Source of the DNA: a virus | IMG/VR virus record: IMGVR_UViG_3300032213_001813 | Coordinates: 64,001-128,000 of that record | DNA length: 64,000 nt | Reading direction: 5' to 3' (one strand) | Shown here: positions 29,380 through 38,434 of the stretch, one piece after another | Layout: each line of letters begins with the position of its first letter | Numbering within the stretch: the stretch's first letter is position 1 | Translations under genes and position numbers: made by a program | Notes under the pieces: generated by a model | Told to the model about the DNA's origin: nothing | The model's database searches: none | The model's input: the letters and a program-made list of their open reading frames with translations, nothing else

Positions 29380-30846
29380 ATGGGACAAAAGATATCAGAA
29401 AAACAAATGAAGGAGGAAATCCGTTCAGTAGTTAGACAAAATATAAAAGAAGTAACTACAAATGATTGGCACTACAAAGCAATCATGTCAATATGGGATA
29501 AGGGTGGTTCATTCACTCGTAAAAAAATTGGAGCAGTAATATGTGCTGACCCAAAAGCAGATAGAAGAGATGTTGAAGATGCATTAAGAAACTCTGGATA
29601 TGATGAAGTTACCAATGTTACTGATAGATTAAGAATTGAAGGTGTGATTAAAGAAGAAGATTCAATTCCCGGTGGTTTAGCAAAAGGAATGACTCTTAAT
29701 GATATTGCAGAGAAGCACGGAATGAGTGTTGATATGTTAGTAGCAGAATTTAAGAAAGGTATCCAAACCGAAATGGAACACACAACGGATAGAGAGATGG
29801 CTAAGGAAATCACAATGGACCACCTATTCGAAGACCCACAATATTATACAAAGTTAGCAACGGTAGAGGAATATGTTGATGATAAAGGTGTAGAACACGT
29901 TGCAGCAGCATTACCACAAACTGAAGAAGAGCCAATCAAAGAAGGAGAAGATTCCGAAGAAACACTAAGAGGTTTGAAAGAAATGGCAATGGGTGATTTG
30001 GAAAGAATTGCCGATTATGCAAATATGATTTTGGAAAGAATGGGAGAAGGACAGAACTTAGATTCTTGGATGTATTCTCAAATCACATTAGCAGTAGACC
30101 AATTAAATTCAGTACACGATACAATGGATGGTACTGATGGTAAGAAAGAAGAAGTGAAGGAAGGTAAGATAAACGAACTAACTGGAAACGAAAGGCAAAT
30201 TAAAAACGGAAATCCTAATAATATATTTTATATATTCTATAAAGGGCAATTTGCAGCAGAATATTGGGCAATGAATCCCAGTAATTTGTTTAGAATATAT
30301 TGGGATAAATTCAAAGTAAGAAGACCAGCTGGTTCTCAATTCAAATTAAATCCAGAATTTATAATTGTCCCTAAAAAAGAGTATGATAATAGTACATCAA
30401 ATCGTTACGCAAAATTAAAACCATATGTAGATGAGTTTTGGGATAAATTACAAAACGAATCGGTAAACGAAAACTTAGATAACTATTCTAAAGATGCAAT
30501 AACTGATATGATTGTAAACCTTAGTAGATATGAGGGTAATGAGAAATTAATTGCAGATTTAAAAAAAATACTAAAACAAAGAAGTTTAGGTAAACTAAAA
30601 AAAGAACAATCGGTAAATGAAGGAACTGAATCTGATATCATAGCTCAAATCAAAAATATTGCAAAGACTCATCAAAACAATATAGTAATAGACCCGAAGA
30701 GTGGTAAGAAAATGAGAGTAGATGCATTTTCAGCATCCGCAATCGCAACGGTATATGATGCATTAAGTGATTCTAATAAAGAAAAGTTCTTAGCATCTGG
30801 GTTATTGGGAATGCAACAAATGGCAATGAAATTACTAAAAAAATAA
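29380..30846 (+). CDS. modular probable head-internal protein containing a DUF5661-like domain
   Basis: GIQTEMEH...MDHLFEDPQYYTKL; modules separated by IKE/VKE/INE/VNE. Confidence 0.6.
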   Translation: MGQKISEKQMKEEIRSVVRQNIKEVTTNDWHYKAIMSIWDKGGSFTRKKIGAVICADPKADRRDVEDALRNSGYDEVTNVTDRLRIEGVIKEEDSIPGGLAKGMTLNDIAEKHGMSVDMLVAEFKKGIQTEMEHTTDREMAKEITMDHLFEDPQYYTKLATVEEYVDDKGVEHVAAALPQTEEEPIKEGEDSEETLRGLKEMAMGDLERIADYANMILERMGEGQNLDSWMYSQITLAVDQLNSVHDTMDGTDGKKEEVKEGKINELTGNERQIKNGNPNNIFYIFYKGQFAAEYWAMNPSNLFRIYWDKFKVRRPAGSQFKLNPEFIIVPKKEYDNSTSNRYAKLKPYVDEFWDKLQNESVNENLDNYSKDAITDMIVNLSRYEGNEKLIADLKKILKQRSLGKLKKEQSVNEGTESDIIAQIKNIAKTHQNNIVIDPKSGKKMRVDAFSASAIATVYDALSDSNKEKFLASGLLGMQQMAMKLLKK

Positions 30847-31157
30847 TGGATAATAATATATACTCGGTATTAATTACAGCAATCACAGTCTTAGGTGGAG
30901 CATCGGCTTGGAGATTCTACGAAAGAAAAGCAGATAATAGACAAAAAGATGAAGATTTTATCAGACACGATTGTAGAGATAGAATTTCAAAGTTAGAAGC
31001 ATTATTATCATCATCATCAGCTGAAAAAGATGAACTTCGTAAAATGATTATTGAGATGACTGCACAGGTTGCAGAGTTGAGAGTTAAGGTTGAGTTCTTA
31101 ACTGCGGAGAATCAAAAGTTATCTAAGCCTGCTAGTAAAAAAATATTAAACGGTTAA
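30846..31157 (+). CDS. single-TM plus coiled-coil protein (holin-like)
   Basis: N-terminal hydrophobic helix, long heptad C-terminus. Confidence 0.45.
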   Translation: MDNNIYSVLITAITVLGGASAWRFYERKADNRQKDEDFIRHDCRDRISKLEALLSSSSAEKDELRKMIIEMTAQVAELRVKVEFLTAENQKLSKPASKKILNG

Positions 31158-31174
31158 AAATAATCGATAAAATA

Positions 31175-31206
31175 TTTGGTAATGTAAAATAAATTACTTA
31201 CCTTTA
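31175..31206 (+). promoter_or_regulatory. variant promoter TTTG-N20-TACCTTTA
   Basis: Same spacing as TAnnTTTG promoters, terminal A. Confidence 0.55.
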
Positions 31207-31210
31207 GTAT

Positions 31211-31744
31211 ATGATAAGTAGAACCCTATTTTTAGAAAGCAAGAAACTTCGAGTGTACGATTTTGATGATACTTTAGTATTTACAAACTCATTTATTTAC
31301 ATTACACACTCAAACGGAGGTAAATCCAAACTAACACCCGCACAATACGCAACTTATAATGCTAAGCCGGGTGATGTATATGACTTCTCTGATTTTGAGA
31401 AAGTTAAAAATCCAAAAATTATTAAGGGAGTATTTGAACTCCTAAAGAGAATGACTGAAAAGGATAGGGGTGATAGAGGTGTTTACATCTTAACCGCCCG
31501 AAGTGCTTACAAACCTGTCTACGATTTCATTCGCCAAAGTGGTATTAGAGGTGTTAATGTAATTGCATTGGGTGATAACAATCCTGAAAAGAAAGCAGAT
31601 TGGATAGAACAACAAATTAGAGATGAGGGATACGATGATGTGTTCTTTATCGATGATTCACTCAAAAACATTCATGCAGTACGAAACCGATTAAAGAAGT
31701 ATCCAAACGTAAAGCAAAAGATTCAGCACATAAAGCACGACTAG
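31211..31744 (+). CDS. HAD-superfamily phosphatase
   Basis: YDFDDTL motif I, LTAR motif II, FIDD motif IV. Confidence 0.85.
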   Translation: MISRTLFLESKKLRVYDFDDTLVFTNSFIYITHSNGGKSKLTPAQYATYNAKPGDVYDFSDFEKVKNPKIIKGVFELLKRMTEKDRGDRGVYILTARSAYKPVYDFIRQSGIRGVNVIALGDNNPEKKADWIEQQIRDEGYDDVFFIDDSLKNIHAVRNRLKKYPNVKQKIQHIKHD

Positions 31745-31764
31745 TAGTTAAATTAAAAAGTTTA

Positions 31765-31772
31765 TATTTATA
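31765..31772 (+). promoter_or_regulatory. putative late-promoter motif TATTTATA heading the MIKL cassette
   Basis: Motif immediately upstream of ATG 31787/31790. Confidence 0.45.
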
Positions 31773-31789
31773 TTATATAACCAAAGATG

Positions 31790-32080
31790 ATGATAAAATT
31801 AACTCAAATATTAACTGAAGCAACCGATTTCAAAGTATATCACAAATCTTATACGGAAGCAATCCAAACCGCTAAAGAATACGCTTTGAAAAAAGGGTAT
31901 ATGGTAGATGATGATGATTCCTTTAGAAAGATTGGAATGGGTCCTCGTAAACCATCTGAAGGTAAGAGTGTTAGAGTTTCGGTAGAGTTGACAAAAGGTG
32001 ATAAACCAACAAAAAAACAATTACACATTCAGGTATACGGAATGAAAAACGGATACGAACTTAACTGCTATATAAACTAA
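31790..32080 (+). CDS. MIKL-leader protein 1 (putative head-internal protein)
   Basis: Starts MIKLTQILTE. Confidence 0.65.
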   Translation: MIKLTQILTEATDFKVYHKSYTEAIQTAKEYALKKGYMVDDDDSFRKIGMGPRKPSEGKSVRVSVELTKGDKPTKKQLHIQVYGMKNGYELNCYIN

Positions 32081-32562
32081 TGATAAAATTAAAAAACTTA
32101 TTGAACGAATCTACCGAATCGGATAAAGCAAAGGATGTATATAATAAAGCTGTTGATATTCAAAAAGAAATAGATTCATTGGAAAAACAAAAAAACTCTC
32201 TTGTAAATCAATATACTGATTTGCGTAAAGGTTTATTAAATGCCGAATATGATACATTGATTTCTAATGCAAAAAAACTATATCCAAACGCAAAAAGTGT
32301 GAAAAAAGTTGGAGATGGGGTATTGGTTCAATTACCAAAAGGTGAATTTATTGAAAAACCATTTGATGTAGCAACTAAACTTTCATCCGAAACAGGAACT
32401 TCTTCATCGGTAAAAGTTGCAGGTAAATATGACATGGCTAAACCAGGTTCATATTCTGCTACTGTATTTAATGGGTTTTTTGCAGAGTTTAGTGTTCCAT
32501 ATATTAAATCGGTAACAAATTTACCAATATTTGATGCAAGATTTCCTAAAAATATAAACTAA
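32080..32562 (+). CDS. MIKL-leader protein 2
   Basis: Starts MIKLKNLLNE. Confidence 0.65.
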   Translation: MIKLKNLLNESTESDKAKDVYNKAVDIQKEIDSLEKQKNSLVNQYTDLRKGLLNAEYDTLISNAKKLYPNAKSVKKVGDGVLVQLPKGEFIEKPFDVATKLSSETGTSSSVKVAGKYDMAKPGSYSATVFNGFFAEFSVPYIKSVTNLPIFDARFPKNIN

Positions 32563-32831
32563 TGATAAAATTAACACAACTAAACGAAGCATCAGAAGTT
32601 CAATTAACTGATTTACAGCCAACGCAACAAAAGCAAGTTAAAGCGTTTGAACAATTGTTAGGTGGTAAAGTAGATTCTATATTCGATGGTATTCACGGAT
32701 TTATCGTAGAAATAAAAGTAAGTGGAGGACACGGACCTTATAGATTTGATGCGGATGATTTGAAAAAATTAATAGCATTAAAAATTCGTTGGGTAGAGGC
32801 AGATGGTGATTATATTTCAGTAGCATTCTAG
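32562..32831 (+). CDS. MIKL-leader protein 3
   Basis: Starts MIKLTQLNE. Confidence 0.65.
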   Translation: MIKLTQLNEASEVQLTDLQPTQQKQVKAFEQLLGGKVDSIFDGIHGFIVEIKVSGGHGPYRFDADDLKKLIALKIRWVEADGDYISVAF

Positions 32832-33367
32832 TGATAAAACTAAAATCCATATTGAGTGAAGACCTATTTGGAACATCTCTAAAAATGAAACCACACGAAG
32901 CCTTAATGGTTAAATCGGTGGTTTCTTTTATGATGGATAAGTATAATTTTACTGCAAAGATAATAATAAAGAAAAAGGATAAAGTGGGGATGATTGGTGA
33001 TATATCCTTAAACTCAAATTCGGTAGATGGGAATAAATTTTATTTACATTTCAATCCCAATCAATCCTATAAGAGAATTATCCAATCTATGATACACGAA
33101 TTAACTCACGTTAAGCAGGTATCCAAAAATGAGTTACTACCAAACAAAGATTATACTTCTATCTTATGGAAAGGTAAAGAGTATATAACAGCAAAGGATT
33201 ATGGTAAGTTAATGAAATCCGATATCCAAACATATATGAAACTGCCGTGGGAAGTTGAAGCAAACGGAAATATGAATAGTTTATATTCTACTTTTATTGG
33301 TTCTAAACATTGGAAAGAATTAAAAGGTAAAGATGATACAATGGATTATATAATTGATAATATTTAA
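32831..33367 (+). CDS. MIKL-leader protein 4, HExxH zinc metallopeptidase-like
   Basis: GTG start, MIKLKSILSE; IHELTHVKQ and PWEVEA. Confidence 0.7.
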   Translation: MIKLKSILSEDLFGTSLKMKPHEALMVKSVVSFMMDKYNFTAKIIIKKKDKVGMIGDISLNSNSVDGNKFYLHFNPNQSYKRIIQSMIHELTHVKQVSKNELLPNKDYTSILWKGKEYITAKDYGKLMKSDIQTYMKLPWEVEANGNMNSLYSTFIGSKHWKELKGKDDTMDYIIDNI

Positions 33368-33371
33368 TAGT

Positions 33372-33914
33372 ATGATAAAGTTAAAAGATTTACTTTTTGA
33401 AAGGGAGATTGATATTCCAAAAAACAAATGGACTCCTATAATGAGGTCAGAATTACCTGATTTCAAACAACAAATATACGATTTGATTTCAACTGCTTAT
33501 GCTCCCATAGGTGGACACTCAAATGTGAAAGATAAAGATGATTTGCCGGGTGAAGGTGATTTCTTCGATGTGATAGATGTAGATGGTGATGATGAGATAG
33601 ATGCAGCAACGGTAGCAAAACACAAATCAGCTGGTAAGAAGTTTGTGGCATTAGGACACGATGGTTCTTCGGCAGGTAAATCTGCAGCAGTAAATCATCA
33701 AGTAGATAAACTAAAAGGTAGTGGATACTTTGTAGAGGTATCTGGTAAGATGAAAGATATTCTAATGGGTAAGGGATTACAACCAGTTACCGATGAGAAG
33801 ACAGTTCGTAAGGCTCTACCTAACAAAGATATTAAGTGGAATGGTGATGGTACATACGATAGAAAGATTGGTGGTACTATACACACTAAAATGATGTTTG
33901 GAAAACCAAGATGA
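33372..33914 (+). CDS. MIKL-leader protein 5
   Basis: In-frame ATG 33372 gives MIKLKDLLFE; paralog of next gene. Confidence 0.65.
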   Translation: MIKLKDLLFEREIDIPKNKWTPIMRSELPDFKQQIYDLISTAYAPIGGHSNVKDKDDLPGEGDFFDVIDVDGDDEIDAATVAKHKSAGKKFVALGHDGSSAGKSAAVNHQVDKLKGSGYFVEVSGKMKDILMGKGLQPVTDEKTVRKALPNKDIKWNGDGTYDRKIGGTIHTKMMFGKPR

Positions 33915-34462
33915 TAAAGTTAGGTAACATAATGAACGAATTGGAAATCCCCTCCGGAAAATGGGTGGATATGAAAATGAGTGATATTGATGCATCTGGA
34001 ATGAAACTTATTTGGTCAATGTACAAAACTGCATACAAAGGACAGGGTTTGGACTTATCAGCAGGTAGTGCTAGTGAAATGCAATCAAAGTACAAAGCAA
34101 TTATGTTAATAGATGTGGATGATGATAAACAACCTGATGCATTCATTGTATATAAAATAACACCATTTGGTAAAAAAATAGCATTACTTGCAGCTAATAT
34201 AAAGAAGCAAGATGCTAAACGAGCAGTAGTTAAGAAATCAATAGAATTAGCAAAGACAAGTGGTTGGTACATTGAGGCAAGTGCAAAGATGGAAGATATA
34301 ATGAATTCCGCAAATGCACCTGTTGTGAGAGATGAAGAAAAGATACTTGCTATATTAGGAAACGAAAAGAAACCCGAATTTGTAGGTGATGGATACTACA
34401 CTCGTTCACTATCTAAAGTGGATAAACGTATCACAAAAAGAATCTACGGAAAACCAAAGTAA
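33911..34462 (+). CDS. MIKL-leader protein 6
   Basis: Starts MIKLGNIMNE; shares EIP..KW, IDVD.DD..DA, GKK, SG...E.S.KM.DI with protein 5. Confidence 0.65.
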   Translation: MIKLGNIMNELEIPSGKWVDMKMSDIDASGMKLIWSMYKTAYKGQGLDLSAGSASEMQSKYKAIMLIDVDDDKQPDAFIVYKITPFGKKIALLAANIKKQDAKRAVVKKSIELAKTSGWYIEASAKMEDIMNSANAPVVRDEEKILAILGNEKKPEFVGDGYYTRSLSKVDKRITKRIYGKPK

Positions 34463-34490
34463 TCCTAACACCTTTTTATTAAAACTCTTA

Positions 34491-34498
34491 TATTTATA
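34491..34498 (+). promoter_or_regulatory. putative late-promoter motif TATTTATA
   Basis: Upstream of the 1056-aa fibre gene. Confidence 0.45.
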
Positions 34499-34530
34499 TA
34501 GTGAAGAACTATACATAAGAATTTTATATA

Positions 34531-37500
34531 ATGGCGAATAAAAAAATAACCGAATTACCTTTAATCCATCGAGTATCTGGTTCAGTTGGGTATCTACCAG
34601 GTGATTTAAAATCCGTAATACCAATTGTTGTTGCTGGAACTACTACTCAAATGATAGCTGAGGACTTTAGTAAGTTTGTAAATGCATATAATGCACATAC
34701 TGGTTCAGCTGGTAACACATTCAAAGGACCTCAAACAATTCAATCAACTTTATCGGTAACACAAAATGCGTATGTTGGTGGTAATTTAGTTGTATCTGGT
34801 ACATTAACTGCGCAAGAATACTATTCAGAAATAACATCGGCATCCATAATTTATTCCGAAGGTTCGACTATATTTGGTAATACTTGGGATGATACTCATA
34901 CATTTACTGGTTCTATTATACTAAATGGTATATCTTTAAATAATCAAAGTAATAGAATAAATCAAGCAACTGCATCTTTGCAAGCATTTAGTGCTTCTCA
35001 AGATGATAGAAATTTTGTTTTAGGTATTGTAACTGGTTCAATAAATAGGGCAACCGCATCTTTACAAACATTTACCGCTTCTCAAGCTGATAGAAATTTT
35101 GTATTATCGATTGTAACTGGTTCAATAAATCAAGCAACTGCTTCAATACAAGCTCAAACTGCATCTTTATTACAATTTACCGCTTCTCAGGATAGTAGAA
35201 ATTTTACATTATCACAAGTAACTGGTTCATTTAACTATTTTTATCAAGCATCGGCATCTTTACAAACATTTACCGCATCACAAGCTGATAGGAATTTAGT
35301 ACTATCTACTGTAACTGGTTCAATAAATCAAGCAACTGCTTCAATACAATTACAAACCGCATCATTATTAGCATTTACTGCTTCGCAAGATGGTAGAAAC
35401 TTTACATTATCTCAAGTAACTGCTTCATTTAACTATTTTTATCAAGCAACTGCATCTTTGCAAGCATTTAGTTCTTCACAAGCTGATAGAAATTTGATAT
35501 TATCTACCGTAACTGGTTCGATAAATCAAGCAACCGCATCGATACAAACACAAACTGCATCATTATTGGCATTTACCGCTTCGCAAGATGGTAGAAATTT
35601 AACACTTTCAACTGTAACTGGTTCTCTTATAGGAATCACAAATGGTTTGATGGCATTTACTGCGGCATTGGATAATACATACGCAACTGATGCACAATTA
35701 TACCAATTATATCAGGCAACTCGTTCATTAGAATTACATAGTGGTTCAATGGTAGGTGTGACAAATGATTTGATGCAATATACAGCTTCTTTGAAGAATA
35801 GTACAATAGTATCTTCATCAACTCAAATATTTACTGGGTATGATTACGAAATTCACGTTAGTCAAGTAGACGGAAACGATACAACTGGTAATGGTGATTT
35901 ACTTACTCCGGTTGCAAGTATTACAAAGGCTTTACAAATTGTTTCTTCATCGTACTTATCAACTGATAGAAGAACGATTATTATACATCCCGGAACTTAT
36001 ACCGAAAGTCCAACCGTTACTTTAGCAAACACTTATATCTTTGCTTTGGGATTATTGGGAGCTAATACGGCAATTGCTGGAACTCTAACAATAAACGCAG
36101 CGTGTCGTGTTTCTGGTATAAAAATGACTAATTTAGTTGTAAACACTACATCACCTGTATATATCAATAACACAACAGTAGATACTCAAATGACGGTTAC
36201 TAATACCGGTTACTTAGAAACTACGGGTTGTTCTTTCCAATGTCCTAGTGGGGTAACGGTTAGTGGAGCAGCACCAGGTGTAGTATTTAATTCTACTACA
36301 TTATGGGGTCTTGTTGTAAATAACGCTTCGGCTGTTGTAGTAGTAAGAAATTCTCCGCAAGTGTTAGTTGCTACGGTAACTGCTGGAAATTTAGCACTAT
36401 CCAATACTTTATTATTTTCATCTACTCCTACTGGAAACGCAATTACTACAAGCGCTGGTTCGGTTGTAACCTTATCTAATTTAAATATTCTTGATAATAC
36501 TGGATTGGCGGTTGCTAGAGTAAGTCTTTCAGGCTTTTATTCAATTATTGATGTTGTATATGATAAACCAAATTCAACTTTAGTGGCTTTATCGGGAACT
36601 GGTGGCCCTCTTAACGCAATTGATTATTTCCAATACATAAACGCTGATAAATTTATTACGCAAGGTGGGACGGGTTATCAATTTCTAAAAGGAGATGGTT
36701 CTCTTGATTCTACAATGCCATCATCATTACAACAAACAACGGCATCATTAAATTTAACTACTGGTTCAATCAAAGGTGAGATAGCTGGTATAGAAGCATA
36801 TACATCATCGTTAAAAGCAGCAATAAGTGTAAGTGGTACTAATGTTCAAATTATTGGAGATTTGAATGTAAACAAATTAAACGTACAATATATATCATCT
36901 TCAGTATTAGTAACATCTGGTTCTAACATATTTGGTGACCAATCTACGGATAAGCATGAGTTTACTGGTTCGGTATATTTACAAAACTCTTTGATATTAG
37001 GTACTGAAGTATTGGGTAATGCTGGGTTGAATTCAGTTAGTAGTTCATTGATTGGTATTACAAATGGTTTGATGACATTGACAGCATCATTAAAATCACA
37101 ATCTATATTAAGTGGTAGTGGTTTAACAAATTATATTCCAATTTACAATGGTACTACCGCATTAAGTAGTAGTATAATATTCCAATCTACGGGAAGTATT
37201 GGAACGGGTGGTAAGGGTATTACTATTGGTAGTGATGTAGCAATGTATAAGTTTGCAGTAAATCCTATTGCTAATACATATTTTGGTATAGGGTACACCG
37301 ATACCGATAGTGTATTTATGACTGCAGTGGATAACACTTATTTACCAAAACCAATCGTTTATGCTGCATCATCTTACAAATGGTACGCCAACTCATTGAC
37401 AAGTACATACAATTTAACAATGGTTATCCAATCAGCATCACTAAATGTAGGATTTGGTGGTATTGAGAATCCATTACATAAAGTTGATATTAGTGGTAGT

Positions 37501-37701
37501 GCTAGAGTATCGAATGGAATGACGGTTAGTGGCTCATTATTAGCAAGTGGTTCATCTCACACAATACAAAATGGTTATGTAATACTTCAACAAGTTTCAC
37601 AAAGTTTGAATTTTGTAGATGATACGGCAGCAGCAGCTGGTGGTGTACCATTGGGTGGATTGTATAGAAATGGAAACTTCATAGTAATTAGAATAGTATA
37701 A
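34531..37701 (+). CDS. large tail-fibre/virion fibre protein
   Basis: MANKKITELP start, coiled-coil repeats, two G.FG....D.H.FTGS modules, beta-helix-like middle, C-terminal DDTAAAAGGVPLGGLYR motif. Confidence 0.75.
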   Translation: MANKKITELPLIHRVSGSVGYLPGDLKSVIPIVVAGTTTQMIAEDFSKFVNAYNAHTGSAGNTFKGPQTIQSTLSVTQNAYVGGNLVVSGTLTAQEYYSEITSASIIYSEGSTIFGNTWDDTHTFTGSIILNGISLNNQSNRINQATASLQAFSASQDDRNFVLGIVTGSINRATASLQTFTASQADRNFVLSIVTGSINQATASIQAQTASLLQFTASQDSRNFTLSQVTGSFNYFYQASASLQTFTASQADRNLVLSTVTGSINQATASIQLQTASLLAFTASQDGRNFTLSQVTASFNYFYQATASLQAFSSSQADRNLILSTVTGSINQATASIQTQTASLLAFTASQDGRNLTLSTVTGSLIGITNGLMAFTAALDNTYATDAQLYQLYQATRSLELHSGSMVGVTNDLMQYTASLKNSTIVSSSTQIFTGYDYEIHVSQVDGNDTTGNGDLLTPVASITKALQIVSSSYLSTDRRTIIIHPGTYTESPTVTLANTYIFALGLLGANTAIAGTLTINAACRVSGIKMTNLVVNTTSPVYINNTTVDTQMTVTNTGYLETTGCSFQCPSGVTVSGAAPGVVFNSTTLWGLVVNNASAVVVVRNSPQVLVATVTAGNLALSNTLLFSSTPTGNAITTSAGSVVTLSNLNILDNTGLAVARVSLSGFYSIIDVVYDKPNSTLVALSGTGGPLNAIDYFQYINADKFITQGGTGYQFLKGDGSLDSTMPSSLQQTTASLNLTTGSIKGEIAGIEAYTSSLKAAISVSGTNVQIIGDLNVNKLNVQYISSSVLVTSGSNIFGDQSTDKHEFTGSVYLQNSLILGTEVLGNAGLNSVSSSLIGITNGLMTLTASLKSQSILSGSGLTNYIPIYNGTTALSSSIIFQSTGSIGTGGKGITIGSDVAMYKFAVNPIANTYFGIGYTDTDSVFMTAVDNTYLPKPIVYAASSYKWYANSLTSTYNLTMVIQSASLNVGFGGIENPLHKVDISGSARVSNGMTVSGSLLASGSSHTIQNGYVILQQVSQSLNFVDDTAAAAGGVPLGGLYRNGNFIVIRIV
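34957..35625 (+). repeat. seven tandem repeats of 28/28/35/31/35/31/35 aa (198-nt higher-order unit)
   Basis: GTAACTGGTTC anchors at 35113, 35311, 35509. Confidence 0.9.
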
Positions 37702-37722
37702 AAACAATAAAATAATACGAAT

Positions 37723-38409
37723 ATGCCTTTAATATTATCAGGTTCAGTAGACATAAGTGGTTCAATGACCGCAACAACAATAATAGTATCCGCAGCAGGT
37801 GGAGGAGGGATGGTATCATCTTCACAACAAATACAAAACTATAATCTATTTGCGGTAACATCATCGGCAAATACATTCTATGGTAATCAAAGAATAACTG
37901 GTTCACTAAATGTAAGTGGAAGTTTAATAGTTGGTGGAACGGATGTTACGCATTATATTGGTGAATCATATGGAGGGGGAATTGTATTTTATGTATATGA
38001 TGGTGGTAAGCATGGGTTAATAGCAGCAACATCAGACCAATCTTCTGGAACAACTTGGTATAATGGTGGTTATGCAGCTGCAAATACGCCATTTGATGGT
38101 ATTAATGCTGGTATAAGAAATACTATAAGTATCACATCCGTTTATCAAACAGGAAGTTACGCTGCTGAAATATGTGCATTTTTTAATGGTGGAAATTTTG
38201 GTGATTGGTATTTACCAAGTAAATATGAGTTAAATTTACTATATCAACAAAAAACAATTGTAGGTGGATTTGCAAATGATTCTTATTGGAGTTCTACGGA
38301 GTTACATCCAAATAATGCTAGAGCATCAACTCAAGCATTTACAAATGGAGTTCAAAACAACCACGATAAAAGTTCTACATTCCCTGTCCGTGCCATCCGT
38401 GCTTTTTAA
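37723..38409 (+). CDS. DUF1566/Lcl (CLec-fold) protein, candidate DGR target
   Basis: GGGIVFYV..GKHGLIAA, DWYLPSKYEL, YWSSTE, terminal VRAIRAF. Confidence 0.8.
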   Translation: MPLILSGSVDISGSMTATTIIVSAAGGGGMVSSSQQIQNYNLFAVTSSANTFYGNQRITGSLNVSGSLIVGGTDVTHYIGESYGGGIVFYVYDGGKHGLIAATSDQSSGTTWYNGGYAAANTPFDGINAGIRNTISITSVYQTGSYAAEICAFFNGGNFGDWYLPSKYELNLLYQQKTIVGGFANDSYWSSTELHPNNARASTQAFTNGVQNNHDKSSTFPVRAIRAF

Positions 38410-38434
38410 TTATTGGAAAACAACTAATTAACCA

